From positions 1 to 44,323 of the forward strand of contig JAQBQS010000009.1 of the NCBI GenBank assembly GCA_028286885.1: 44,323 nt of DNA, in the 5' to 3' direction. The translations under genes and the position numbers were made by a program. Position 1 is the stretch's first letter. Every line of letters starts with the position of its first letter. The DNA is from Patescibacteria group bacterium (lineage in GTDB: Bacteria; Patescibacteriota; Minisyncoccia; Phycocordibacterales; UBA1006). Positions 18,137 through 26,601 of the stretch are shown piece by piece. The notes under the pieces are model-generated. The model was not told where the DNA came from and ran no database searches. It worked only from the letters and a program-made list of their open reading frames with translations.

Positions 18137-19624
18137 ATGAGTCCTTCGATATCATTCCAGCCTGATTCTGCCTTGGCAAAAATCCCGGGTATTTTTACGA
18201 TCGTGGACGTGGAAACGACCGGTATGCGTGCGGCAAGTTCGCGAGTAATTGATATTGGGATAATTAGAATAGAAAATGGAATAGTTACAAAAACATTCAA
18301 GTCATTCGTGAATCCAGGATCAAGAATTTCGTGGTCGTCCACCTTGATCACGGGAATTACAAACGACGACGTCGAAAATGCTCCGAGCTTCGAGGATATT
18401 TCAAGTGATATCTATGAATTTTTTGAGAATGCGGTTTTCGTCGCGCACAATGCGAGCTTTGATTATTCGTTCATCAAAGCCGAGTTTGCAAGATGCGGAA
18501 TTGATTTTTCAGCAGAGACCCTCTGTACGGTAAAGCTTTCCCGTGCGCTTTACCCGAGAGAGCGTCGCCACAATTTGGATGCGGTGATTGAACGATTCGG
18601 ATTCACATGCGAGACGCGCCATCGCGCATATCCGGACGCGGACGTGCTGCGGCAGTTTTTGGAACACATCCAAATGCATCATACGGAAACGGAAATCAAT
18701 TCTGCCATCTCGGGAATCTTATTCGCAGGGAAGAAGGAATTCTTATACGACCGCAAATCGCTTTCAAGGTTGCCCGACGGTCACGGCATTTACCAATTTT
18801 ACGGACCTGATAATGAGCTTCTGTATATCGGCAAGAGCAAGCATATTCGCACGCGTGTGCGATCACATTTCTCGGATGACGAGCCGATGGAGCGCAAGCT
18901 CATGAAAAAAGTTGCGAAGATCGAATGCGAGGAAACCGCCGGGGAACTTTCGGCGCTGATTCTCGAGGCGCATCGCATAAAGCGCGACCTGCCGATTCAT
19001 AACCGCAAACTGCGGAAATTGCGCGAGATGGTTGCACTGGTTGAATCCAAGAATGCAGGGGGCTATCTTGTCCCAGTGATTGAGAAACATGAGACCATTG
19101 ATCCGCAAGCGGGGATTTTGTCCGTCTTCAGAAGCATGCCGCAGGCACGCGCGAAGCTGCGCGAATTCGCAGCAAAAAATAATTTGTGCGAGAAGCTTCT
19201 CGGTCTCGAGAAGACCGACCGCGCATGCTTCGGATTTGGCCTTGGCAAATGTTCTGGTGCTTGCATCGGGCGCGAATCCGCAGATGAATACAACAAGCGC
19301 TTCAAGGCCGTATTCAAAAGCCGCCGCATTAAGACATGGCCTTTCAAGGACACGATCATGATCGACGAGAAAAAAGACGATCAGTCCGGAATCGTTTTCT
19401 TTGTCCGCGATTGGAGAATTTTGAAATCATTTTCATACGAGGGTTCCGAGATGGGTGAGTTCATTGCCTCGCCGGGAACGTTCGACGTAGACACGTATAA
19501 GATTCTTGCAAGGTACATGCTCGATCCTGCGAACAGAAGAAGCGTAAAACAAATTTCCGAACAGGAGTTCAGAAATTCGCTTCAGGCATTGGACGAGGGA
19601 GAATATGTAATCGAGTTTGCCTGA
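18137..19624 (+). CDS. DEDDh 3'-5' exonuclease (Pol III epsilon-like) fused to a GIY-YIG UvrC/Cho-like nuclease
   Basis: VDVETTG, VAHNASFD, HRAYPDA; GIYQFY..LLYIGKS..IRTRVRSHF; Cys cluster C..LLGLE..C..C.GAC. Confidence 0.88.
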   Translation: MSPSISFQPDSALAKIPGIFTIVDVETTGMRAASSRVIDIGIIRIENGIVTKTFKSFVNPGSRISWSSTLITGITNDDVENAPSFEDISSDIYEFFENAVFVAHNASFDYSFIKAEFARCGIDFSAETLCTVKLSRALYPRERRHNLDAVIERFGFTCETRHRAYPDADVLRQFLEHIQMHHTETEINSAISGILFAGKKEFLYDRKSLSRLPDGHGIYQFYGPDNELLYIGKSKHIRTRVRSHFSDDEPMERKLMKKVAKIECEETAGELSALILEAHRIKRDLPIHNRKLRKLREMVALVESKNAGGYLVPVIEKHETIDPQAGILSVFRSMPQARAKLREFAAKNNLCEKLLGLEKTDRACFGFGLGKCSGACIGRESADEYNKRFKAVFKSRRIKTWPFKDTIMIDEKKDDQSGIVFFVRDWRILKSFSYEGSEMGEFIASPGTFDVDTYKILARYMLDPANRRSVKQISEQEFRNSLQALDEGEYVIEFA

Positions 19625-20310
19625 TATAGTTTGTGTACTGATATTTCATTCTTGCGGAACGCGTTGACCAAGTTATGCGCGAGGCGCGTCGGTTCGGGCA
19701 ATCGGTATCCTCGCAAGCATGTTTTTATGATGGACAAAGATTCAGCCAGTGTAATGAGATTTCCCGGAGAAATCAAAAGAGGATTTGATTTCTTTTTCGA
19801 GCGGAGCGCAATGCCGATAACTTCGCCGGTTTTCGGGTCGATGATTTCGGTTTCGCTGCCGGGTTCTTCGCTTGGCATGTCATATTCGCCGTACAATCGC
19901 GACTTTGCGCATCCGATCGTCGGCACGTCGGCAACAAGTCCGAAATGCGCCGCGATGCCGAGCCTGCGCGGATGGGCGATTCCGTGTCCGTCAACGACAA
20001 CAACGTCAGGCTTTGTTTTGAGGGCATCCCAGCATTCCAAAAGTCCGGGAATTTCGCGGAACGACAAGAGTCCCGGTACATAGGGGAATGTAACAGGCGT
20101 CTTGATGCACGAATGCTCGACAATTTCCAAACTCGGATATGACAGTACGATAATGCCGGCGAAGAGTTCCGTTCCAAACCGTTCGAGTGAGACATCCGCG
20201 CCTGCGATAAACTTCGGTTTCCTTGGAAGGCTGATATGGCGAAGCTCCTCGCGCAATTTCTTTTGCAAGGCGACGGCTTCGGTCGGCGACATGTCGAATG
20301 AGTGTCTCAT
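19582..20310 (-). CDS. nfi: Endonuclease V
   Basis: AGADVS, FPYVPGLLSFRE, VDGHGIAHPRRLGIA, IGCAKS, YRLPEPTRLAH. Confidence 0.95.
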   Translation of the reverse strand: MRHSFDMSPTEAVALQKKLREELRHISLPRKPKFIAGADVSLERFGTELFAGIIVLSYPSLEIVEHSCIKTPVTFPYVPGLLSFREIPGLLECWDALKTKPDVVVVDGHGIAHPRRLGIAAHFGLVADVPTIGCAKSRLYGEYDMPSEEPGSETEIIDPKTGEVIGIALRSKKKSNPLLISPGNLITLAESLSIIKTCLRGYRLPEPTRLAHNLVNAFRKNEISVHKLYQANSITYSPSSNA

Positions 20311-20415
20311 AGTCGTACTTTAGAACGCGCCGAATAACTTGGCAAGTATGCAAATCGATAAGTCGGCGTATACTAAAATTGGTGGACATTATCAGCAGTT
20401 AATCTTTTACATTAT

Positions 20416-20592
20416 ATGTTGAAATGGAGTGTTATTTTCTTGATCATCGCAATTGTTGCAGCTATCCTTGGATTCGGAGGAATCGCGGGCGCTGCGGCAA
20501 CGATTGCCAAGATTCTCTTCTTCGTCTTCCTCGTTGTCTGGATCATTTTCTTGGTTCTTGGCTTCACGGTCGCAAAGAAGATTACGAAATAA
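20416..20592 (+). CDS. DUF1328/YtjA-family small membrane protein (not in ORF track)
   Basis: [49 protein letters not shown]..; 58 aa; terminator follows. Confidence 0.9.
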   Translation: MLKWSVIFLIIAIVAAILGFGGIAGAAATIAKILFFVFLVVWIIFLVLGFTVAKKITK

Positions 20593-20653
20593 TAAAAGCC
20601 TGCGGGCTTTTTTTACTTGAATAATTTGGGATTTCTGCTACCATGGTCCCATC

Positions 20654-20726
20654 GCCAAAGTAGCTCAGTTGGTAGAGCACGTCTTTCGTAAAGACGGGGT
20701 CGCCGGTTCAATCCCGGCCTTTGGCT
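20654..20726 (+). tRNA. tRNA-Thr (CGT)
   Basis: Anticodon arm CGTCT-TTCGTAA-AGACG; GCCAAAG/CTTTGGC acceptor stem. Confidence 0.95.
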
Positions 20727-20730
20727 CACG

Positions 20731-21462
20731 ATGTCACGACAAGAAAATAACAATGCGTCCGCATGGGAACGAGAATACCGGGAGCCGACGTTTTTAACGA
20801 TGGGAACGGAACCCATTAATGCGGTAAAAGATTTTGTGAAATGGATGAGGAAACAGGTGCGGAAAAATCCTGCGGATTTTTCCGCACCTGTTTCCGAGTG
20901 GAATATCCTTGATCTCGGCTGCGGCAACGGAAAAAATTTGAAATACATTGTCGAGAATTATGCAAAGAGCGGAATTGGTTATGACGTATCCGAAACGGCG
21001 ATTGCGGCTGCGCGCGGGCTTGTCGATGGCTTAAAATTAAATTACGAAGTTCGTTCAATTGCGAATATCTTTCCGACTCGCGATTCGTCGATTGATTTAG
21101 CACTCGATGTTACGAGTTCGAATTCTCTCACAAATTCTGAACGTGAAAAGTTTCTCGCCGAAGTTTCGCGCGTATTGAAGCCGGGTTCATATTTCTTTAC
21201 TCGAGCATTATGCAAAGATGGCGATGCCAATGCGAAAAATCTGATCAAACAATTCCCGGGAAGCGAACCCGATACTTACATTCTTGGCGAAACGGGAATT
21301 ACTGAACGAGTATTCTCAAAACAGGATTTCGAGGGGGTCTACGCGCCGTATTTTGAAATTGTTCACTTAGAGAAATTATGGGGATACCAGAAATGGGGAG
21401 ACCGGACGTACAAGAGAAACTACTGGATTGCTTATCTAAAATCCAAGAAATCCGCCTCATAG
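20731..21462 (+). CDS. Class I SAM-dependent methyltransferase
   Basis: ILDLGCGNGKN, GYDVS, RVLKPGSYF. Confidence 0.88.
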   Translation: MSRQENNNASAWEREYREPTFLTMGTEPINAVKDFVKWMRKQVRKNPADFSAPVSEWNILDLGCGNGKNLKYIVENYAKSGIGYDVSETAIAAARGLVDGLKLNYEVRSIANIFPTRDSSIDLALDVTSSNSLTNSEREKFLAEVSRVLKPGSYFFTRALCKDGDANAKNLIKQFPGSEPDTYILGETGITERVFSKQDFEGVYAPYFEIVHLEKLWGYQKWGDRTYKRNYWIAYLKSKKSAS

Positions 21463-21494
21463 ATTTGTTGCGCCATATTTGATACACTCGCCTT

Positions 21495-22292
21495 ATGACC
21501 GTTTCCGAAATCAGGAATTTGTTTCGCGAATTCAAGGGCAGGGAAGAAGGATTGAAAAAAGTAACTCGTTATTCGCTCTACCCGGTGATGTTTTACCGAA
21601 CCGATCTTTGGGCGCATACGCTTCACGTGCATTGGATTACGCTCCAGCTAGCCAAGCGCGTCAAATCGACTCATCCTGAATTTAATACGGAACGCGCAGC
21701 TACGATGGCCCTTGTCCACGATGATCACGAACTTTTTCTCGGTGATATCCAGGCGGGATTGAAGCTTCGAATGAACAAAGAAGAAAAAGAAAATTTAAAA
21801 AACAGCGAAATTCACGCGATCGATCAAGTTTCAGATTCGTTTCCGAAAACGGTAAACGGTTACGAATATCGAAGCCTTCTTATTGAAGCGATGAATGCTG
21901 AAACACTTGAATCGCAGATTGTGAAATTGGCAGACAGACTGGATGCGTTCGGCGAGGCCCTACATGAACTGTACGCTGGAAACATGGTATTTGCGGTCAG
22001 TGTCGGGCATGAGCGCGGCGACATTCCGACGCCCGCGGACTTTTACGTAAATTGGCTTGAGAAAATACCATCAACTTTTCCAGAGCTGGCAGTGCTTTGG
22101 AACAAGGGAGAGGTGTTATTTTCAACTCCAGAACGCCTTGATTGGAAACATGTCGCTGAAGAAGGATCTCCTGCGACGATCGAATCGCTCTCAACAAGTT
22201 CGCATTATCCGCATTATGGCGAATGGTTGAGCATTGTTTTGAAAAACAGCGATGACGAGCTTATCGCGAAACTTGTTACAAAAGCTGAGTAA
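21495..22292 (+). CDS. HD-domain phosphohydrolase (YfbR-like)
   Basis: L..VTRY, AHT, ALVHDDHE..LGDI, IVKLADRLDA. Confidence 0.8.
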   Translation: MTVSEIRNLFREFKGREEGLKKVTRYSLYPVMFYRTDLWAHTLHVHWITLQLAKRVKSTHPEFNTERAATMALVHDDHELFLGDIQAGLKLRMNKEEKENLKNSEIHAIDQVSDSFPKTVNGYEYRSLLIEAMNAETLESQIVKLADRLDAFGEALHELYAGNMVFAVSVGHERGDIPTPADFYVNWLEKIPSTFPELAVLWNKGEVLFSTPERLDWKHVAEEGSPATIESLSTSSHYPHYGEWLSIVLKNSDDELIAKLVTKAE

Positions 22293-22297
22293 TTTAT

Positions 22298-23173
22298 ATG
22301 ACCAAGGAAGACATTCAATCAAAAATTGCCGAACTCGAGGCGCGCATGTACGCGCCTGATTTTTGGAATGACAAGGAAGCGGCTCAGGCAGCACTTCGTG
22401 AAATTGAAGAATTGAAAGCGAAACTCGAGGGCGGCGGAAAATATGACAAGGGCGATGCCGTGCTTTCCATTTTCACAGGCGCAGGCGGGGACGACGCGGA
22501 GGATTTTTCAAGAATGCTCTATGAGATGTATTTGAAATTCTGCGACAACAAGAATTGGAAAACGATTCTGTTGGATAAGAATGAAAATGGCAGCGGAGGG
22601 TTCAGATCTATTTCTATTGAAATTCATGGCAAGAATGCATACGGCACTCTAAAGAATGAGTCCGGCGTGCACCGATTGGTGCGCATCTCGCCGTTCAATG
22701 CGAAAGGCAAGCGCAATACGAGTTTTTCGATGGTAGAGATTTTGCCAAAATTCGAGAAGCTTGATTTTGAAATTCCCGAGTCTGACCTCGACATTGCGTT
22801 TTCGAAATCCGGCGGCAAGGGCGGACAGAACGTGAACAAACGCGAGACCGCCGTGCGCATTACGCATACACCTACTGGATTGACCGCGCATGCGACTGCG
22901 GAGCGTAGCCAAGAAGCCAACAAGGAAGAGGCGATCAAAACGATTTCCGCAAAAGTCTGGCGACTTGAAGAAGAAAAACAAAAAGCCGCCGAGCGCGGCA
23001 TGGCCATCTCGGCTACGACCGATAACGAATGGGGAAGCCAAATCAGATCGTACGTCTTGCATCCCTACAAAATGGTCAAGGATCATCGAACAGGTGTGGA
23101 GACATCAAACGCGGAAAAAGTTTTAGAGCGAGGGGAACTTGATGAATTCATTGAAGCTGAAAAAGATTTGTAA
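22298..23173 (+). CDS. prfB: Peptide chain release factor 2, shortened form
   Basis: GAGG, ESGVHRLVRISPF (SPF motif), GGQNVNK, WGSQIRSYVLHPYKMVKDHRT. Confidence 0.92.
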   Translation: MTKEDIQSKIAELEARMYAPDFWNDKEAAQAALREIEELKAKLEGGGKYDKGDAVLSIFTGAGGDDAEDFSRMLYEMYLKFCDNKNWKTILLDKNENGSGGFRSISIEIHGKNAYGTLKNESGVHRLVRISPFNAKGKRNTSFSMVEILPKFEKLDFEIPESDLDIAFSKSGGKGGQNVNKRETAVRITHTPTGLTAHATAERSQEANKEEAIKTISAKVWRLEEEKQKAAERGMAISATTDNEWGSQIRSYVLHPYKMVKDHRTGVETSNAEKVLERGELDEFIEAEKDL

Positions 23174-23217
23174 TATAAAAAAGCCTGGCGAGATATGCCA
23201 AGCTTTCGAATTTAAGG

Positions 23218-23580
23218 TTAGGCCTTGAATCCTTGCAGAATTTCTAAAATATTCAGAAGTTCTTTTTCTGCGAGCTCCAGAGCGGCTATGCGGTTGATCT
23301 TTTTACCGGAAGCTTTTTCCCTTGACCATGAGTTTCTTACGTCGTTCAAGCTGTTGTTTGCAGCATCGATGACATTTTGGATTTTCTCGTTGGACAAGGT
23401 GAGCTTTTTCGATGAAGAAAAGGTGAGAGCGGGGAAGTTAGTTCTGTAGAGCGCGCCTACCATACTGATCGATTTTCCCGCCTTAGTAGATAGGCCTATA
23501 GGGGAAACCATGAGGAGATTTTGTAAGGATAGCATTGCTTGGTAAATTTGCAGGGAGCTTTTGTAGTTGTTGTTTATCAT
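23218..23580 (-). CDS. Orphan hypothetical protein
   Basis: 120 aa; promoter TTGACT-17-TATAGT at 23636-23608. Confidence 0.65.
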   Translation of the reverse strand: MINNNYKSSLQIYQAMLSLQNLLMVSPIGLSTKAGKSISMVGALYRTNFPALTFSSSKKLTLSNEKIQNVIDAANNSLNDVRNSWSREKASGKKINRIAALELAEKELLNILEILQGFKA

Positions 23581-23726
23581 AACGGTATTGTTTTTTGTTT
23601 CTGAACAACTATATCATATTTATCATTAAAAGTCAATAGATCCCAAAAACCTTGCTTTATAATGCTAAATAAAAAAAATCCCTGTGCCATTAAAGGTAAG
23701 GGATTCCGAATAATTTTTAACATTTT

Positions 23727-24083
23727 TTAGTCAGTGTCGTGATTGCTGTTGGGATGAAGCGGGAAGAGGTCTTCGAGAGCTTTCTCCATTTCTGGCAGGG
23801 ACTCTTTTATATAATTTTCCTGCATCTGTTTCATTTCCTCGAGATGGCTGGCAGATTCGGTCAAATTCTCGCTCATACGGGATCCATGATAGTCTTCCCA
23901 GAAAAAGTCCGTAAGAATTTTAAATGCCAGCTTTACGGAAGGGTTCATAACATAGCCCTCCTTGGCTTTTTGATAAAAGCTGATGCCGCTCGCATCTTTT
24001 TTCGAATGGAGTTCTTTGAGAAAATTGAGCGCCTTGCGCACGGCCGAAACGCTTGTTCCGCCTATGATTACTTCCTTACTCAT
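23727..24083 (-). CDS. Orphan hypothetical protein
   Basis: 118 aa; promoter TTGATT-17-TATATT starting at 24156. Confidence 0.65.
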   Translation of the reverse strand: MSKEVIIGGTSVSAVRKALNFLKELHSKKDASGISFYQKAKEGYVMNPSVKLAFKILTDFFWEDYHGSRMSENLTESASHLEEMKQMQENYIKESLPEMEKALEDLFPLHPNSNHDTD

Positions 24084-24193
24084 TCAGTTTGGTTTTATTG
24101 ATTTGTCGAAATAAAAATCTCGGATGAAATATAACATAGTTATATGACTTAATCAAGATCTGAAAAATGAGCGTATGCTATAATGCCAAAACT

Positions 24194-24814
24194 ATGATTA
24201 TTACCCACCACGGAAAGGAATTTTTCAAGCTTCAGACCGGCGACATGGTTCTGGCCTTGAATCCTATCTCAAAAGACTCAAAATTTAAGACGAATGGATT
24301 CGGCGCCAATATCGCACTCGTCTCCATTAATCATGACGATTACAACGGCGCCGATTTGGTGGAATACGCAGGCAAGGTTCCGTTCGTGATCAAAGGTCCC
24401 GGCGAATATGAAATCTCGGACATTATGTTCCAGGGATGGGCGACCAAGGGATACGACGACAAGATCAACTCGATCTATTATTTCGAATTCGATGGGATGA
24501 AAATTCTGTATCTCGGCGCGATGTACCAGAGCGAGATTTCGATCGAGGCGCGGCAGGCGATCGGGGACGTGGACGTTCTGTTCGTTCCGATCGGGGGCAA
24601 GTCCGTTCTCGGCGCTGAGGCTGCGCACAAGCTCGCCGTAACATTTGGTCCGAAAGTCATCATTCCGATGGACTTCGGAACGGATCAAGAAAAAGATGCA
24701 CTCAAAGATTTCTTGAAAGAATCGGGGAGCGAGAAAGTTGCACCGATTGATAAGCTTACGATCAAGTACAAGGATATTTCGAGCAAGGAGCAGGAAATAA
24801 TCGTCATTGAATAA
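24194..24814 (+). CDS. Metallo-beta-lactamase-fold protein (Lactamase_B_3-like), degenerate metal site
   Basis: GPGEYEI, DVLFVPIGG, PKVIIPM are family motifs; the HxHxDH motif reads SINHDDY. Confidence 0.8.
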   Translation: MIITHHGKEFFKLQTGDMVLALNPISKDSKFKTNGFGANIALVSINHDDYNGADLVEYAGKVPFVIKGPGEYEISDIMFQGWATKGYDDKINSIYYFEFDGMKILYLGAMYQSEISIEARQAIGDVDVLFVPIGGKSVLGAEAAHKLAVTFGPKVIIPMDFGTDQEKDALKDFLKESGSEKVAPIDKLTIKYKDISSKEQEIIVIE

Positions 24815-24854
24815 AAGAAAACCCCTCTCGGATGAGTGGGGTTTTTAAATTCGA

Positions 24855-25214
24855 TTACTCGACAGGCGTCACGCTTACGATATTCGGATAGCCGTCCATC
24901 CTATGGATGCGGATTCCGTAACATCCGATTTTGTACTTCTTTCCGACAGTCATCTTGTTTTGGATGTCGGATGAGTTGTACTTGTCATATGTCCAGGTGT
25001 CGCTGTTCTGGAACACTCCCTCTTCTTCGGTAAACACCAGGTACGTGTCATCTCCTTTGATGATCTTGTGGTCCAGGCTTTTGATTGTCACTACAATTTC
25101 CCTGTACGTTTGGTGGTTAGTCTTGTAATAGAGAATTAGGAAAGGGCTGATGATCAGGCTTCCCACGATGATTACCAAGATAAGACGGCCGATTTTCTGC
25201 ATTCTTGTCAGCAT
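24855..25214 (-). CDS. Membrane-anchored DUF1523-like protein (phage-associated type)
   Basis: TM helix, then YLVFT..VFQNSD..KYNSSD..GKKY..YG.R..YPNI; promoter TTGACA-18-TATAAT at 25267-25238. Confidence 0.6.
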   Translation of the reverse strand: MLTRMQKIGRLILVIIVGSLIISPFLILYYKTNHQTYREIVVTIKSLDHKIIKGDDTYLVFTEEEGVFQNSDTWTYDKYNSSDIQNKMTVGKKYKIGCYGIRIHRMDGYPNIVSVTPVE

Positions 25215-25304
25215 GTTTTTTGATTTTGTTTGCAAGCATTATAACACACTTATATTTAATATGTCAAGTAACGATTGTAAGCGGTTCCTTGCTATAATTT
25301 TTGC

Positions 25305-25589
25305 ATGAAGTTTCTCTCAAAAATCAGAACCAAGAGTCCCGAGTTCCGGCTTATGCTGTCAATTGGTTGCGCGTTCGTCTTGACGGTCGTCATTGTCGGC
25401 GGATATGTTTTGATTCAGTCATCCGGAACCTCCGTGAAATCATCCGCACCGAGTCCTTTTTCAGTCGTTGCAGGATCCATCAAGGATTCCATTGTTACAA
25501 ACTCAAGTCAAAAGACGCAGGTCATTGATGCATCGGCTACGCAAACAACTCATGACGAGTCGAGCCCGTTTGGAACATCGGGGCAATAA
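25305..25589 (+). CDS. Small single-TM protein
   Basis: 94 aa with TM helix and Ser/Thr-rich tail; TGcTATAAT 6 nt before ATG. Confidence 0.65.
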   Translation: MKFLSKIRTKSPEFRLMLSIGCAFVLTVVIVGGYVLIQSSGTSVKSSAPSPFSVVAGSIKDSIVTNSSQKTQVIDASATQTTHDESSPFGTSGQ

Positions 25590-25600
25590 AAAAGCCGGCA

Positions 25601-26008
25601 CTACGTATCGGCTTTGCATTTTGTGTCATTGACGATCAGTATCGGCAGCTCTTGTTCAAGAGTGAACCACATTTCGCGCGGAACAGGAAACTCGACGAGG
25701 CCTAAGGCATGTCCCATCGCGAACAGCATTTCGGCCGTTTCGAACATCATCGTCCACCAACGGCCGGTGTTTTTGAAATTGGATTCGAGAAATGAGGCGC
25801 CTTTGCTTCCCGAGCTTTTCTTAAAGTCGTAAGGAAGCTCTAGGAGCATGTCCTTGATTTCTTGCTTATGGTCAAGAAGGTCGTTTGAAAAATAAATGTC
25901 ATTTTGAAGTCCGATTCCTCGGAATGATGATGCTTGGGTTTTGGAAACCCTGCACCGGAAGAAAACTTCCTTTACGTTTTTTGAGCACAGCTGGGTTTTG
26001 GTTTCCAT
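25601..26008 (-). CDS. Orphan hypothetical protein, possibly phage-derived
   Basis: 135 aa; MLLELP..F..GASFL..G.WWT..E.L.AMG.ALG..PREMW pattern; TTGACA promoter at 26062. Confidence 0.65.
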   Translation of the reverse strand: METKTQLCSKNVKEVFFRCRVSKTQASSFRGIGLQNDIYFSNDLLDHKQEIKDMLLELPYDFKKSSGSKGASFLESNFKNTGRWWTMMFETAEMLFAMGHALGLVEFPVPREMWFTLEQELPILIVNDTKCKADT

Positions 26009-26107
26009 GATATTGAATTGAAATGGTTTGTATTATAATAACCTTTTTTATTTAAATGTCAAGAATAGAAAAATCCCTTTGCTTCGAAAAGCAAAGGGAT
26101 CTGATGT

Positions 26108-26467
26108 TTAAATAGAAAGACGATAGTTTAACTTTTCGTCATAGAAACCTTCAACTCTTATGTCGTTCTCTGTGAATGTTATTTTGCAGCCCTCAGTCAT
26201 GCAGACACTGAACTTACTTGCAAGTCCGGTGTAGTTGTTATTCGGATAAAACTGAAGGATCGTATTGACTCTTGTATGTTCGATATTAAAGATGTCAGCT
26301 ACAGCGTAGGAGATGGTGTCTGTGGTTAGCATTCCATGGCAAGGATAAGAAGTGAATCCGTCATCGGTTTTTAATACTATGCTTGGACCTTTCTTTAAAA
26401 ATTCTAGCATTGTTTTAATAATGGTGACGTTATCTTCGCCATCTTTCTTGAATGTAAGTGTAGGCAT
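26108..26467 (-). CDS. Orphan hypothetical protein
   Basis: 119 aa; promoter TTGACT-16-TAATAT at 26538-26511; hairpin ~26069-26101 downstream. Confidence 0.65.
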   Translation of the reverse strand: MPTLTFKKDGEDNVTIIKTMLEFLKKGPSIVLKTDDGFTSYPCHGMLTTDTISYAVADIFNIEHTRVNTILQFYPNNNYTGLASKFSVCMTEGCKITFTENDIRVEGFYDEKLNYRLSI

Positions 26468-26601
26468 TTGGTTTGTTTTTATTTGATTATAAATAGAGCT
26501 TTATATGGATATATTAGCATACTATATAGATAAGTCAAGTATTCCAATCCTGCCAATTTGCTATAATACTCAAGCATTTAAACGATATTTTTACTATTCC
26601 T

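Noticed and set aside
20424-20624. 66-aa Cys/Arg-rich ORF from the track
   Set aside because: It is an alternate frame of the clear DUF1328 gene at 20416-20592.
14452-20726. Integrative element or prophage at the tRNA genes
   Set aside because: No integrase, no duplicated tRNA 3' end and no phage structural genes were seen.
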